Source: Styela clava (lineage: Eukaryota). From it: DNA of 64,000 bases. How positions within the stretch are numbered: position 1 is the first letter of the stretch; the number at the start of each line of letters is the position of its first letter. The stretch spans positions 8,432,001-8,496,000 of the forward strand of contig NC_135255.1 of NCBI RefSeq assembly GCF_964204865.1, in the 5' to 3' direction. The translations under genes and the position numbers were made by a program. Of this stretch, positions 1 to 12,140 are shown piece after piece. The notes beneath the pieces are model-generated. The model ran no database searches. It was not told the origin of the DNA and worked only from the letters and a program-made list of their open reading frames with translations.

Positions 1-224
1 ATAGCTCGATCTGATACCGAAAAATCCGATCAAATTCGACATTATGTTTAAAATTCTGTACTTTATTTCTAATGACACCACCACAATTCAAATTTCGCGA
101 AAAGCCATTCAAATATGCTCGCCTGCATATCTGCGTCAACCTGACGTTACCAATAACGCAAAGTAAGATCTGCACTGGCCTTTCAAAGTAACTGAAAAAA
201 TTACACCCAATAAGCTTGTGGCAA

Positions 225-300
225 CAAGTCCCTGCGAGAGTTCGCATCTCGTGGGGGAAAATTATGTGCGAGTGGCTTGCTGAACTCCTCGCCGTGATTT
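225..300 (+). repeat. tRNA-derived SINE-like fragment
   Basis: B-box-like 'gagagttcgcatctcgtgggg' followed by a GC-richer body. No cloverleaf. Confidence 0.3.
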
Positions 301-736
301 ACCTTCACGTAACCTCTGGTCATTTACGGCATCCTTTACTTTCAATTCCCCGTATATAAACAAGTTCGTACTCTTCACTTAAGTCAAAACGTCAACTGAA
401 TGTCTCAATGCAGAAGAGTCAAATGTCGTGAGTCGTGACTGTATAACGAATTACTAGAATTACAGACACAAATAATTCTCCGCGGCTGATAAATATATAA
501 CAATAAAAATATGATACCTCAAGTATGGAAACATTTATCGGGAAAAATGAAAATAATTTGAGAAATCAAAATCATCCAAATACGAGACCCAGTCTCCATA
601 ACGATCATGTGACTTTTTGAAACGACTCGACCGACGTATCTTTTCATTTCTTGATTAGAGAAGACGTTTCATCTGCTACCCTAACCAAGTCACTAGAAGA
701 GCGTCATCGTTTTTCGAATCGGAACTTTCAAACTAG

Positions 737-958
737 AAAGAAGCATTGAGAGGAGGTGATTCCGAAAAGGATTCAGACTTTTCCGTTGCTACACGCCTCT
801 CGTCCGGTTACCAGTCCATGTCGGATATGCAGGGCTGGATTAATCAAAAAAATAAACACGTGCTTAGGGCACCAAGGAAAAAGGGACACCTCAGAAATTT
901 TCATAGTCGAATTTTCAATGGCGCTTCAGTGCACAATGAATTAATTAGAATGGTCTGA
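737..958 (+). CDS. Possible terminal coding exon of a gene starting upstream of the window
   Basis: Open frame after AG acceptor (aactag|aaa, 734-736) reading KEALRGGDSEKDSDFSVATRLSSGYQSMSD...RMV*. No recognisable homology. Confidence 0.25.
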   Translation, partial: KEALRGGDSEKDSDFSVATRLSSGYQSMSDMQGWINQKNKHVLRAPRKKGHLRNFHSRIFNGASVHNELIRMV

Positions 959-2399
959 CGGCTCAGTGTCTGAGCTCAGTATTGTTCCGATTAAAATAAA
1001 TTTTTAATCTATTAATTGACCCTCATGTGCATTTTATATTTTTGGCATTCAAATTTTATGGGTGAGCAAATATAATTTTATTATGTTTTATCAAATATGA
1101 AATTCTCTGTTCAAACAACATTACCTGTGTCATGTAAGTGGACTATTAATACAACCACGATTCAATTCTGCCGCTTCAAGACATAAAATCAATGTTTTTT
1201 TTATATATTTGTGATACGATAAATATGTCCTCTGCGACAAATCTTATATAATGCGACATTTTAACTTACTCATTTTTACTGATTACCTTATCCCAGTGAG
1301 TGATAGTTTCGCAATATTTATATAATAATGCCTATTTATGTAATCTACATTTACTTTATATATATTACTATAATTTTGCGTGATTTTTGTTGATAAAATT
1401 TCTCTTCAATTCATTTGCACTGACTACATCAATACATGTCACTATACATGCACTCTGTAAATTAAGAATTACCTCATAATTTATTTTATTTGTATGAATC
1501 TTAATGTCACCAGTCATTTTAAAATGAATGGATGAATCTGTTTTGTAAATCTTATGACACTGGTCTGCTTGCAAAGTCTACTCTTGATACTTGTAATAAT
1601 TCTGGAATTACCTTATGTTCGTTTTTCTCGGCTGAGGATTATGGAGTTTGAGTTTAGCAGTTTCAGGGTCGGGGCTGAGGTAGAGTTGTCAAACTCCTCT
1701 GAGTTGGAGAATCACAATCTTATTTCTCGTTTTTACAACTGAATAGTTAAACAATATATATATCGAACTTCTTTGGCCGGAACTTCTAGTTACTTGCAAT
1801 AAATGCACTTTATATATCGTTGTCTTCATTTTAGGTATCGAGCACACCTCAGTATTGCCCTACTGGACATCGGCGTCCAACAACGCTACGATAGATTAGT
1901 GTAGTGTTCGTATTAGACAAGATTTCAATATTGAAAATATTTCTATTGATTGGGAGACTAGTCACCCTCCATCTACCGCAGCTTTTTTCAGGACCATCAA
2001 AATATGGGATAGGATTTCATATATATATTACATATATCACGACTGAGAGTATGGCGGCCCACACTCTCTGGTCCGTGAACTTTGATGGTGGACTACTATG
2101 AAAAGGGTCCAGCAAACCTTCCGCATATAAATTACCTCCTGGTATTCGAATCTTTCAATCCGAAGAAGGTAATGTCAATATCGGAATTTCGACTCCCTGC
2201 TTTTCTCAAACCCCAATCTGTAACTGGTGGTAGGTCGATTGTGATTATTTTTTGTAGTGCAGTTATGCAATCTGTCACAGTATAGGCCTACTACCAGTAC
2301 AGTAGTCTCCACGACTTGGGCTGACAATCAAATAGACTAACGCAAACTCGTACACAAGGTGCGCCATTTTAAATTTTGGCGACGCCATGGCACACAAAA

Positions 2400-2602
2400 A
2401 CAACCCCCATAGTCCACAGTTTTTGAAACGTAAAATATTAGCTTTCTAGAGCAAGATAAAATCTCTAACCCCTGAAAAATTCTGGGCAATTGGTCCAGTA
2501 GTTAATGAGAAAAGCGATTTTCCACAATAATAAGAAGAAATACGAACAAGATAAATAACAACATATAACAAAACGATCCGTCTGTACACTTCTTGTTCAA
2601 TA
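2400..2602. repeat. Dispersed short repeat family (other copies ~4810-5308, ~10865-10940, ~11700-11906, ~19290-19396)
   Basis: Shared end motif aacgatcc(a/g)t.tgtacact..gtgtccaataa and upstream ctgaaaatttc...attggtcc...gaaaag.gattttcc. Confidence 0.65.
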
Positions 2603-3967
2603 ATCTTTAATTTACTTGCATACTTGAGACACAGTATCCATTATCATTTTAATTCCCAGCATTATGTTCTACAATCCACGTTTTATACTTCTAAAATTGT
2701 GCCAGAAATCTTCAATCGTCAAACCAGGGGGATGCCTAAGCATTCAAACTAGTATTCTTTGCTCTAAATTTGTTACGAGATACGATGTAAGTTAAATCGT
2801 ATAAAACACTGTTTATTTGCTCGAAAATATTTTTTAAGATATTATTATAAGTGAAATAAATTAAAAATAAAATTAAGCTAACTTCCAGGGTTTGTTGAAT
2901 ATATCTCTGGTGATGCAAGTTTGATTTTTGCTGATGTTAGACTTGGCACCAGCGTTTAAATTTCAAAGGTAAAACCCGCCAGTCGAAATTATGAACCAAA
3001 ACAACTTGAAGTCGTATGGAACGGACTTGATTAAACATTTCTCCGACGTCGTGGCGCTGGTTGATCACGAATTACGCAAAATAGCCCTTGGTCATTCTGC
3101 AATTTACCCAGATTATTTTCTAGCATATATATTCTAGAATCTAGACTTAGTCTCTGAGAATAATTCATCTCTTTTATTTTGTGTTCGACATATTCTCTTC
3201 GAATGAGACTCTGACCAAGTTTGAATAATATGCTACTGAAAAGAATGCGTGATTTACTTTTAACCCTGCTTAAAATTTAGCATGTTTTTCTACTTTTGTT
3301 ACAAATAAAACAGCACAAATTAACTACATTTTTCACAGTGTACATAAAAACGAATCTCCGTGAATTCAGCATGTTACATTTCATGCAACTACGTTTGGTG
3401 GTATTACATTAGAATTTACATAAATATTTGTAATCTACATATTTCACAGTGTACGCTATGCTATAGTTTATGTATATATGAAGAAAATTTGCAGTATTAC
3501 ATTAAAATGCATGTGGACGATCTGTTTGACAATTGACTTTTGCTTGATTTTACATATGAACGTCTACTTTCATTCGGAGGTCGGAATTTCGCCATCGCTA
3601 TATATCCTAACTCTGATGTGAATACCAGTCTTCTGTTGGTGGTTATAACAAGGTCAAGCACTGGTGCATACACATAGTGAGCCCCAAGAAGTTCTCCTGA
3701 AATAGAAATAAACAACTGAAGTTATTTCTACGTAATTGTTTCCTGTGCATATTAGCAAAGGCCACAAAAACGCAAAAAAAGTACAAAAAACAAAACAGTG
3801 AACATACGCTGCATTTTCCAAATAGGAAGTGTAACATTTATTGTGACGTAATGAATCCGCAATACAATTGATGATTTAAGAAATCTTGCTATAATGACGT
3901 CACAATTGAATTCCCAATTTTTACACAATTTCTATTTCATTTTGCGACAATTCACACGAAAGGAAAG

Positions 3968-6900
3968 ATGTCAGGGTGTATCGAAGGCAAACCGCATGAT
4001 CGGGTGAGTTAAATAACAAATTGTAGTTGAATGAATACCTTCTAAAGACCATTCTCTGTCTATTAGATAGACTACAGTTCTCACCTAACTTTACCCCATT
4101 ACTACCGCAGTAGATTCTACCTCTTAAATTCGAAAACGCATTGCATAAATAAGCGCATTCTAAAAGGATTCAATGCTACCATATGTCGATAGGCAAGGAT
4201 GAGAGCAAACAGAAACACGACCTAAATTCGTAGGTAATCTCAATGGTTTGTTGGCACTTGATAATGTTTTTCGTCTCACTTCAGGAAATACCAACGATCA
4301 CTCACTTCTCGTCATTTGATAAAGGGGATATGGGCGTCGAAACTCAAAAAGAAAGGTGAAATTTATATTATTTATTGCGATGTGTTATAATTTTAATTTT
4401 TCAATTAATGGCAGTTGATGGAGTTGTATGTTTGTGTTTTATCCAGTGACAGCTTTCGCGTTGATGAAAACGATAAAAATATTCCGAAGACAATACGGAG
4501 CATATTGGAATTGTATACGAAAGATGTGATAGTCGAGGTAGATGACCTTGTATTATTTTTACTAATATTACTATATTAAAAAAATCAAAATTTCATGTGG
4601 TCAAGTTGATCTAGTCTAGTATATATACTACATTGAATACGTACGTACTCCAATAGATATAAGTGGTAATATTCTTAGCATAACTGGCAAACGTCGGTGC
4701 GGCTAAATGCAACTTGTTCGTTTATTCACGTCCAGGTAACGACATATTGAAGTATGATTGTACTTCTCTTATAGCTTTCTTATTTTATTTATATTAAGAA
4801 ATAAAGTAATAGCCCTCTAGCGAAATATACAATCTTTCACTACTGAAAATTTCAAAGCGATTGGTCCGGTATAGGTAATGAAAAAAGTAATTTTTTTTAC
4901 AATAACAAGACGGGAGAATGACTGACATGAACAACGAGATAACGATCAGAGATCGCCGGCTTATCGATCTAGCGGCGTGTATCCTTGGTCTGACTCGATA
5001 GCGACACCGCTGTCCCATCACTAATTAATTAATAACTCGCTAATTATACGACATAATTCATCCAAAATCAATAAGCTTCTGGTCCGAGATATGATGATTG
5101 CAAATGTAAAATTTAGAGCAAATTCAACCTCGCTTTCGTGAGATATCGCGTGTATCTAACAAACAAACAGACAAATACCTATCAACATACTTACCGATCA
5201 AGATCGATAAGTAACGACATCGATAAGTAACGACAAGATCGATAAGTAACAACAATATATATAATACCAAAACGATCCATATGTACACTTCCGTATGGAT
5301 TGTCCAATAATAACAATAGTTGATACTACAGAAGCCGAATTTAAATTATCCGGATAGTGAGTTTTTTTAGACCAATGTGAAAATACTATTCTGAAACTGT
5401 TCAGGCAATAATCACGAGTATGAAAATTGGAGAAAGCCGTGAATATTCATTTTCAATGAGAGGTTTATTCCATTGTCAATGTTGTTTGAACTCTTGGAGA
5501 AAAGGAAATAAAGATGCACCTTCTTGTTGTGTGGAGGTATTTATAGTTAAAATTTTCCAATAGTTAAAATTTTCCAGTAGTATATTAGTTGCGTCAAATA
5601 TTTTTGATCTCTTTTCAATTTCTAATCTATAAAAGTAGAATTTTGAGAACCTTTCAAAATTGGGCTAAGCGTATTCTTGAACTTGAAAAAGTAAAACATA
5701 ATCAAATATCCTTATTTATCAAGCAAGCTACACTGGCCCAAGATCATCTTGTACATCTGGGCAACCAGGAAGCTCGACATATTATCAAATTACTTTCTGA
5801 TGAATGCTTCACTGATGATTCCTCCGTCGCGGACGTTTTAAATTCAATCAATGAACACGAAGAAGACGGGGAATTTCGAATTCTATCGAGTAAAGGTCGG
5901 TTGGTTTTAATGATTTACAATCAAGACTACATTTAAATGATTTACAACCAATGTTTCGTTTAAATTTTTGAAAAATGATTAGAAAAATTTTAGATTAGAT
6001 TTTGAAAATGACAAGAAGAAATAATGACCCACAGTATAGCAGTATCCTATGAGAGGATGAGCTGGTAAATCTGTCCCACTACTGTAGGAATACACTGTAA
6101 AGCTTCATCTAATCACTAAGTTTTCTAAAAAAAATGGCGCCGACTGGCCTGGCGCAATGCTAAAATAAAAATAAAAATTCGAGTAAGTCGTTGAGCACCA
6201 CAGGACATGAACATAGGCGAAAATATATATATATATGATAGTAGTTGTATCGTTCATATTAAAGTACTAAAAATTGAAATCGATTGATTGGGGTCCAAAC
6301 AAAAACAAGAAAAAGAATTTTTCAAAACGATTGAGATACACCTCATGTTCAATAAATCAGGTGATAACGAACAATCTTTCCATTCAGCTCTAGAACCACC
6401 AGCGAACTATTTCAGTCCCGTGTTGATGACTTCACAAAGTGGCAAGACCATCTCAGGAAGTTTCAATTTTATTCCAACAACAAGGGAACGAAATTCGATT
6501 CTATTTTCACCCACATTTAATGGCGCATACAAGGGGAGAAGAAAATCAAAAAATCCACAAATTATTCCTATTTACGAAGAGAATACATTTTCTTGCTCAC
6601 GACATTCCAAAAAGAAATTGTTTTGTTTAGCTAGCGGTCAACCGATTGATTTTACTACGATATTTAGTACAGGACTGCTGGCGCTATGTGAAAATAGACA
6701 ATTCTTTTTTTCTGGGAGAATGAGGCAAGACGTATTTTTACCAGCATCGTGTGTAACAGACACCGGAATTATATACCAATGGAAGAAAAAGCACACAGGA
6801 ATTGAAAATGAAAAATTTGAAAACGTCGGTGAAATTTTTGTCAAAACCAAAAAGGCGTTTCCAGAGTTTGTACAAACCAACAGGGGCCAAAAATGCGAAT

Positions 6901-9900
6901 GGAAATTTGTTTTGGATCGTAAACTTGCCGAATTACCTGCAAAGTTTCTTCAGTATGAGGGAATAGACGAAGCGTATCGAAAACCTGGAATTTTGACGGT
7001 CTACATTGGCGGACAAATAGATGAAGAAGGGGCATTACAGCCTAAAAACAAATTCCGCATCCCGTTATCCAAAAAAGGTATGAAACGGTATATTTTTTTG
7101 TTTTTTCTGAAACCTAAAAAAGGTAAAATAACTAGAATTTATATGTAAGAGGCTAGAATTGTTAAAATGACTTATTCATTGTGTCTTACAACATCAATAC
7201 TGGAGTTTGAAAAAAGTTTGAAGCTAATATTCAATTTCTAGGTAAACTCCGAATATGGCCTAGAACTGGTGGCTTTCATAAAATTGTTTATGAAACATTT
7301 TCGGACTTTGAAACAGAATCTAGCATTTTTTCGCATGAAGATTCGCATGTAGCTGATTCTAACGATGAATTGGACATCGAAAACTTGACAGTAAGCACGT
7401 AAAACAGTATCGTTGAGTATTGATCATACATGGAGAACAACAATATGTGCATGGAGGCAAAATGTTCTGCGGCGTTCAAAATTAATACTTGAATCAGATT
7501 TTTCGGAAGATGCATATCAAAATGAATTTCTAAAATCAAAGTCTAGATATCTACATAATTTTCTTTCCATATTTCTCTGATTTATAACATAATTGGGTCC
7601 ATGCCAAATAAATTGAGACAGCCTTGATATGATTTGCTACCTGCATCCATATCAACAAACATGTGATGATTAAATGTTCAGCAGCCTTTCAACAACCAAG
7701 AAATTTTATTATCAGAGTATGCTAGTTGTTACAAAACAGTGTAATTAATTTCATATCAACAATACTTCTGCAACACTGGAATGTACCTGTCGATCGGTCA
7801 ATGCTAGTTTTTTTTGTACACATAGTACAGAAAAATGGGCGGATTAGTATTCCGTAAATGTTGTGTTGCTATTTATTTTTTTAAATTTTACTAATTATTT
7901 TTCTTCTTTTGCCATAACAGTTACAACCTTCTGGTACACCAGCTCCTGCAGTAGATTCAACAGGCAGATCATCAAGGAATATTAACAATGAATCCCCAAG
8001 TTCAAATTCTTTGCGAAATATGGATTCAGACAGAAGGTATTGCGTATATAGTGTGGTATTCGTTTATTCTTTTGTATATACAGAAATGACCAATTCACAC
8101 TGATTCAGTACAAAAATGCTAACATGGCGGCATCATAAGTAAATTAAATAAGAAGTTAGTTTCGTGAGCGCCCTAATTACACACTTCGGCATAAATTTAC
8201 GACCTCATTGCTCAACTGGTCTACTCCCATTTTTGTTCAGAAGCTAAGTTTTTCTGATGAATATATCTTTGAAAAATTCATGAATCAAATCTTCAATTTC
8301 ATTTTTCTTTTTTAAAATGTCTCGTAACTCGCTGTTTTTCTATATGAAATGTAGTGTGTAATCAGACATTACATACTTATACTAGCACAACACAAATAAA
8401 AACTGTGATATTGATTCTCTAATAACAGTTTTGGACGCACACCCAGCGTCGTATCGTTTCGCGAAATAGATAGCGTCAGTGAAAGAGAACTTCTCCAGAA
8501 GAGATCCAAGAATCTTCTTACCAGAAATCAAGACGTTATAAATACCACAGTAAAAAACAGAACAGGAAAACCGACGACAAAACCGGGATCACTCGCGGAT
8601 AGCGCTTCGGGTAAGGGAATTCTGATTGTACCTACTTATCTTGACTTATTCTACGAAAGATCTGTAGTCAGATAAATGTAAAGAGTTTGAAATAGACTGA
8701 TATTGGGAAATTTAAATTATTTATTGGACAGCACGTAGAGTTGTCCTCTCTTGCTATTATTACTTATCGATCTCAAGATCATTAAGTATGTTGATAGGTT
8801 TGTTTTTTGTCTGTTTGTTTGTTTGTCTGTTAGATACACGTGATATCTCACAAAAGCGAGGTTGAATCTGCTACAAATTTTGCATGTGCATTCATCATAG
8901 TTCGGAACAGAAGCCTATTGATTTTCGATGAATTATGTCGTATAAATAGCGAGGTATTAATTAATTAGTGATGGGACACACGGTGTCGTTATGGAGTAAG
9001 AGCGCTGTTTTGGAGGATCCCCTAACCTCCGATCGATAAGTTTTTAGTCTCCGACCGATATTCTCGTTATGAGAATTATTAAATTTAATCTTTTAACGCT
9101 TCGTATACTCAGCGGCCAAAGGCCAAGGAGAAACCACTCAAATTACTCCGAGACCAGTTACAATGAGTCAGAGACGAGAATCTACAGTAATATCAAACAC
9201 CAAATTTCAGGTATGTAAATTTTCAATACGAGAAATGTTATAGTATGTAATTTATAGCGTTTAAATTAGGGCAGTTAGTAAAGAATGGTGGTGTTGAAGA
9301 CCATGAGGTGGCTATATATACAAATCGCTGGTGTGTTTATTGCAGAATTACGACTCGAGTTCGTATAGTACAGGACAACCAAACAAAGTAACAAGTTCAC
9401 AGACTGGAGTTGGGAATCGAACAAGCGCCAGAAATTTTGATCCTTCAAAGAAAAGAAGTACAATTCTCGGAGAAGGTGGGTTATGTATAGAACAGTATGT
9501 ATTAACATAAGTTGTAGAGGCTCCAATTGACTTACAAAAGCTTTTTTGATTCAGTTTTCCAACTTTCCAGGTTCGAAAGCTACAACTCCTTCGACATTCG
9601 CAAGACAAAGGGAAATTCAGAAGAAAGTGAGGAAAGAAAAGGACGAAGTTAAAGCAAAATACCAGGATGCAGCTCATCACAGTATACGATCTGGTACAGA
9701 ACCGGACAATTTGACTTTGGGAGTTACTAAGACGAGTGCAGCCGCTTTGACAGCGATGGAACAAGCAGCTCTGGAACAACAAAATACTGATGCAAAAATA
9801 CCGGTAATGAAAGCACACACGGGTGAAATACAGGTGCCAAAACCGAGACGAAAAGCACGCAAAGGAGCTGCGTCAAAAATGAAAGTTGATGATTTACTGA

Positions 9901-11359
9901 CAAGCATTGAAGATGAAATACCACAGGCTGATACAAAAGAGGTGTTTTTTGTTTTAATGTATTTTTATTGAATAATCGGTACATTTTCCAGTAACCCAGG
10001 TCTCCCGTAAACAGAATGGTAATAATGGTATTCGTAAAATAACTGCGACACATTAAAAGTGTTAAATGATCAGGTGAATTATTTCGTCTTTGAATAGAAA
10101 CTTGGTAGCAGTCTGATAATTAGAAAATGATGTGGGCCACTCACTATTCAGAGGCAGTTGCGGTAGTTGTAAGGAATATAATATATATGTGTTGAAAATA
10201 TCCATTAATACTTTGGCTATGGTTTGTAAAATATCTGTATTTCACGATTGTAATGAACATAGATTAAGAAGCAGTAGTTTGAAGTGCATGGGCTGGGTTG
10301 GGAAAATTTATGATGCGTTGTATATATGACAAATAGCTTGTTATGAATCTACAGAAAATAATCGATCCCTTGTTGGAGGACATCCCATCGGAATTCATCG
10401 ACGATTTTTTCTTGAGCGACGACGAAGATTACAATTTTTCCGACTTGTCCAGCTTGTCAGATTCAGAAGAGGAAGGTGGAAGTAAAAGCAAGAAAAATAA
10501 AAGCACATTCTTCCCATTTTTGGACGGAATGACTGTTCTGAATTTCACTGAAAGTTTTAGTTTTTCTTACTTCATGATGCCAGGATACGTAAAAGAGAAA
10601 AACAGTAAGGTATGTGGACAAAAGAACAATGCTCAAATAGATGGACACGGTAGCGTATCGGTACCGGTAAGGCCTTGACTAGGCACCGAGCTGGATTTAA
10701 ATGATCGGCAGGCAAGCGTGGCAAAATAATATGTTTCCATACCGCATAAAATGTGTTCCAATGTATCAAAATAATGCAGCAAAATTTGGAAGAAATATAC
10801 TTGGAATTCAGAAAAACGTTAAAAAAAGTAGGCCTAAGAGCCCCCCAGCCACTTCGTCCATCCTCAAGTAGGCTACTGAAAGTTAGAAATCGATTGGTCG
10901 ATTTGTTGTGGAGAAAGGCGATTTTCCCTAAAACAATGATCCCTCTGTGCACTCCATATCCAATTATTGAAATAATATGACTAATATTACTTAAACCGTA
11001 AAAAAACACCAATGGGTAAGTACGGCATTGTCGCGAACTATCGTTACTCGTTTACTGATAAACATTATGTTCCATCAAATATTTACAAAACTGTCTTGTG
11101 CATTTAATATTCCCTTTTTTCGGACGTTACTACACGCTATTTTATTGGCCAAATCCTGTTTTTAATCATGACAACGGAAATGAATTTTTATATAGATCAA
11201 AAAAGGAATGCTCAAGCTACCTGTTATTGAGGCATCGAAAATAAGAAATGATGAAAAGAAATCCGAACGACGAAAGAGCAAAACCAAGACAGGTTTGATG
11301 AAAAGAATTGACAAATTGAACAAATTTGAAGGAGCAACCGACGCTCGTATGAGGCAGTG
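3968..11359 (+). CDS. Uncharacterised multi-exon protein: globular N-terminal half, low-complexity S/T/K/D-rich C-terminal half
   Basis: Phase-consistent GT-AG exons: 3968-4003, 4285-4355, 4447-4537, 4679-4735, 5405-5536, ~5589-5896, 6361-7077, 7242-7390, 7921-8036, 8429-8610, 9113-9210, 9346-9475, 9571-9941, 10355-10609, 11197-11359 (TGA). AATAAA at ~11475. Confidence 0.75.
4907..5213 (-). mobile_element. Non-autonomous Helentron-associated (HINE/DINE-1-like) repeat nested in another dispersed repeat
   Basis: Terminal short hairpin (acttaccgatcaagatcgataagt) next to an (AAAC/AGAC)n microsatellite. Inverted homologue at 8760-9060. Confidence 0.5.
8760..9065 (+). mobile_element. HINE/DINE-1-like repeat, second copy in opposite orientation
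   Basis: ttacttatcgatc...taagtatgttgatagg, (tgtt/tgtc)n, then a body matching the reverse complement of 5010-5213. Confidence 0.5.
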
Positions 11360-12140
11360 ACTGTCAAAATCAAAAAACTCTATTCATTGAGATATTTATA
11401 ATGCACTCGTTCAATTTATTTGCAGCGAATGTGGTTCGCCATGATTTTTTGCTTTTGATGTGTGTGTATTTTGAAATAAAAAGTTTTTGCACACTAGAAA
11501 ATATTTCTTCCTATTTCTAACAAGACAGCGATGCTCAAATAAATGGGCACGAATCCCAAAACAAAGTATCACGGATATGCAATCTGTAAGCGTAGACTAC
11601 CGGTACCGCAATTTTCACGACGTCGTCTGGCGACTAATGCGAATGCGGAACCGCCACAGCATGCGCATTTTGCAATTTTGACGACATCATCACACACGAA
11701 TTCCATAGAGTCCACTGAAATTTTCGAAATAAATGAAAGTATTAGACTTCTAGCGAAAAATACAATTGAATTTAACCACTGAATTTCAACGCCATTGGTC
11801 CGATAGTTAAGGAGAAAGGCAATTTTTTCCATAACAACGAGAAGAAAAAAATACTAACAACAACATATAACGAAACGATCCATTTGTACATTCCATGTCC
11901 ATTAATAATATGAGCTATTCTAACATCGCATGTTCATCTCGGCGGAGCAAGTATTATTAAAATGACCTAATGGCACGGTAATACAGCTTATCGTGCGATG
12001 ACCGGTTTTTTCGAGTATGGTAATAGCTAACCAGCAGTTACTAGACATTCTAGATGCACGAAATTGGAATATAAAAGATTTCAATACTATTAAATAACGA
12101 TACTCAATTTAAACAGCGTCAAAGAGTGAGAATATTCAAG

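Noticed and set aside
5200-5250. Triplicated gatcgataagtaac units resembling a mini CRISPR array
   Set aside because: No unique spacers; a local tandem duplication of a repeat terminus in eukaryotic DNA.
9348-11012. Long - strand ORFs (156 aa, 146 aa and others)
   Set aside because: Antisense shadows of + strand coding exons and repeats, with no motif support.
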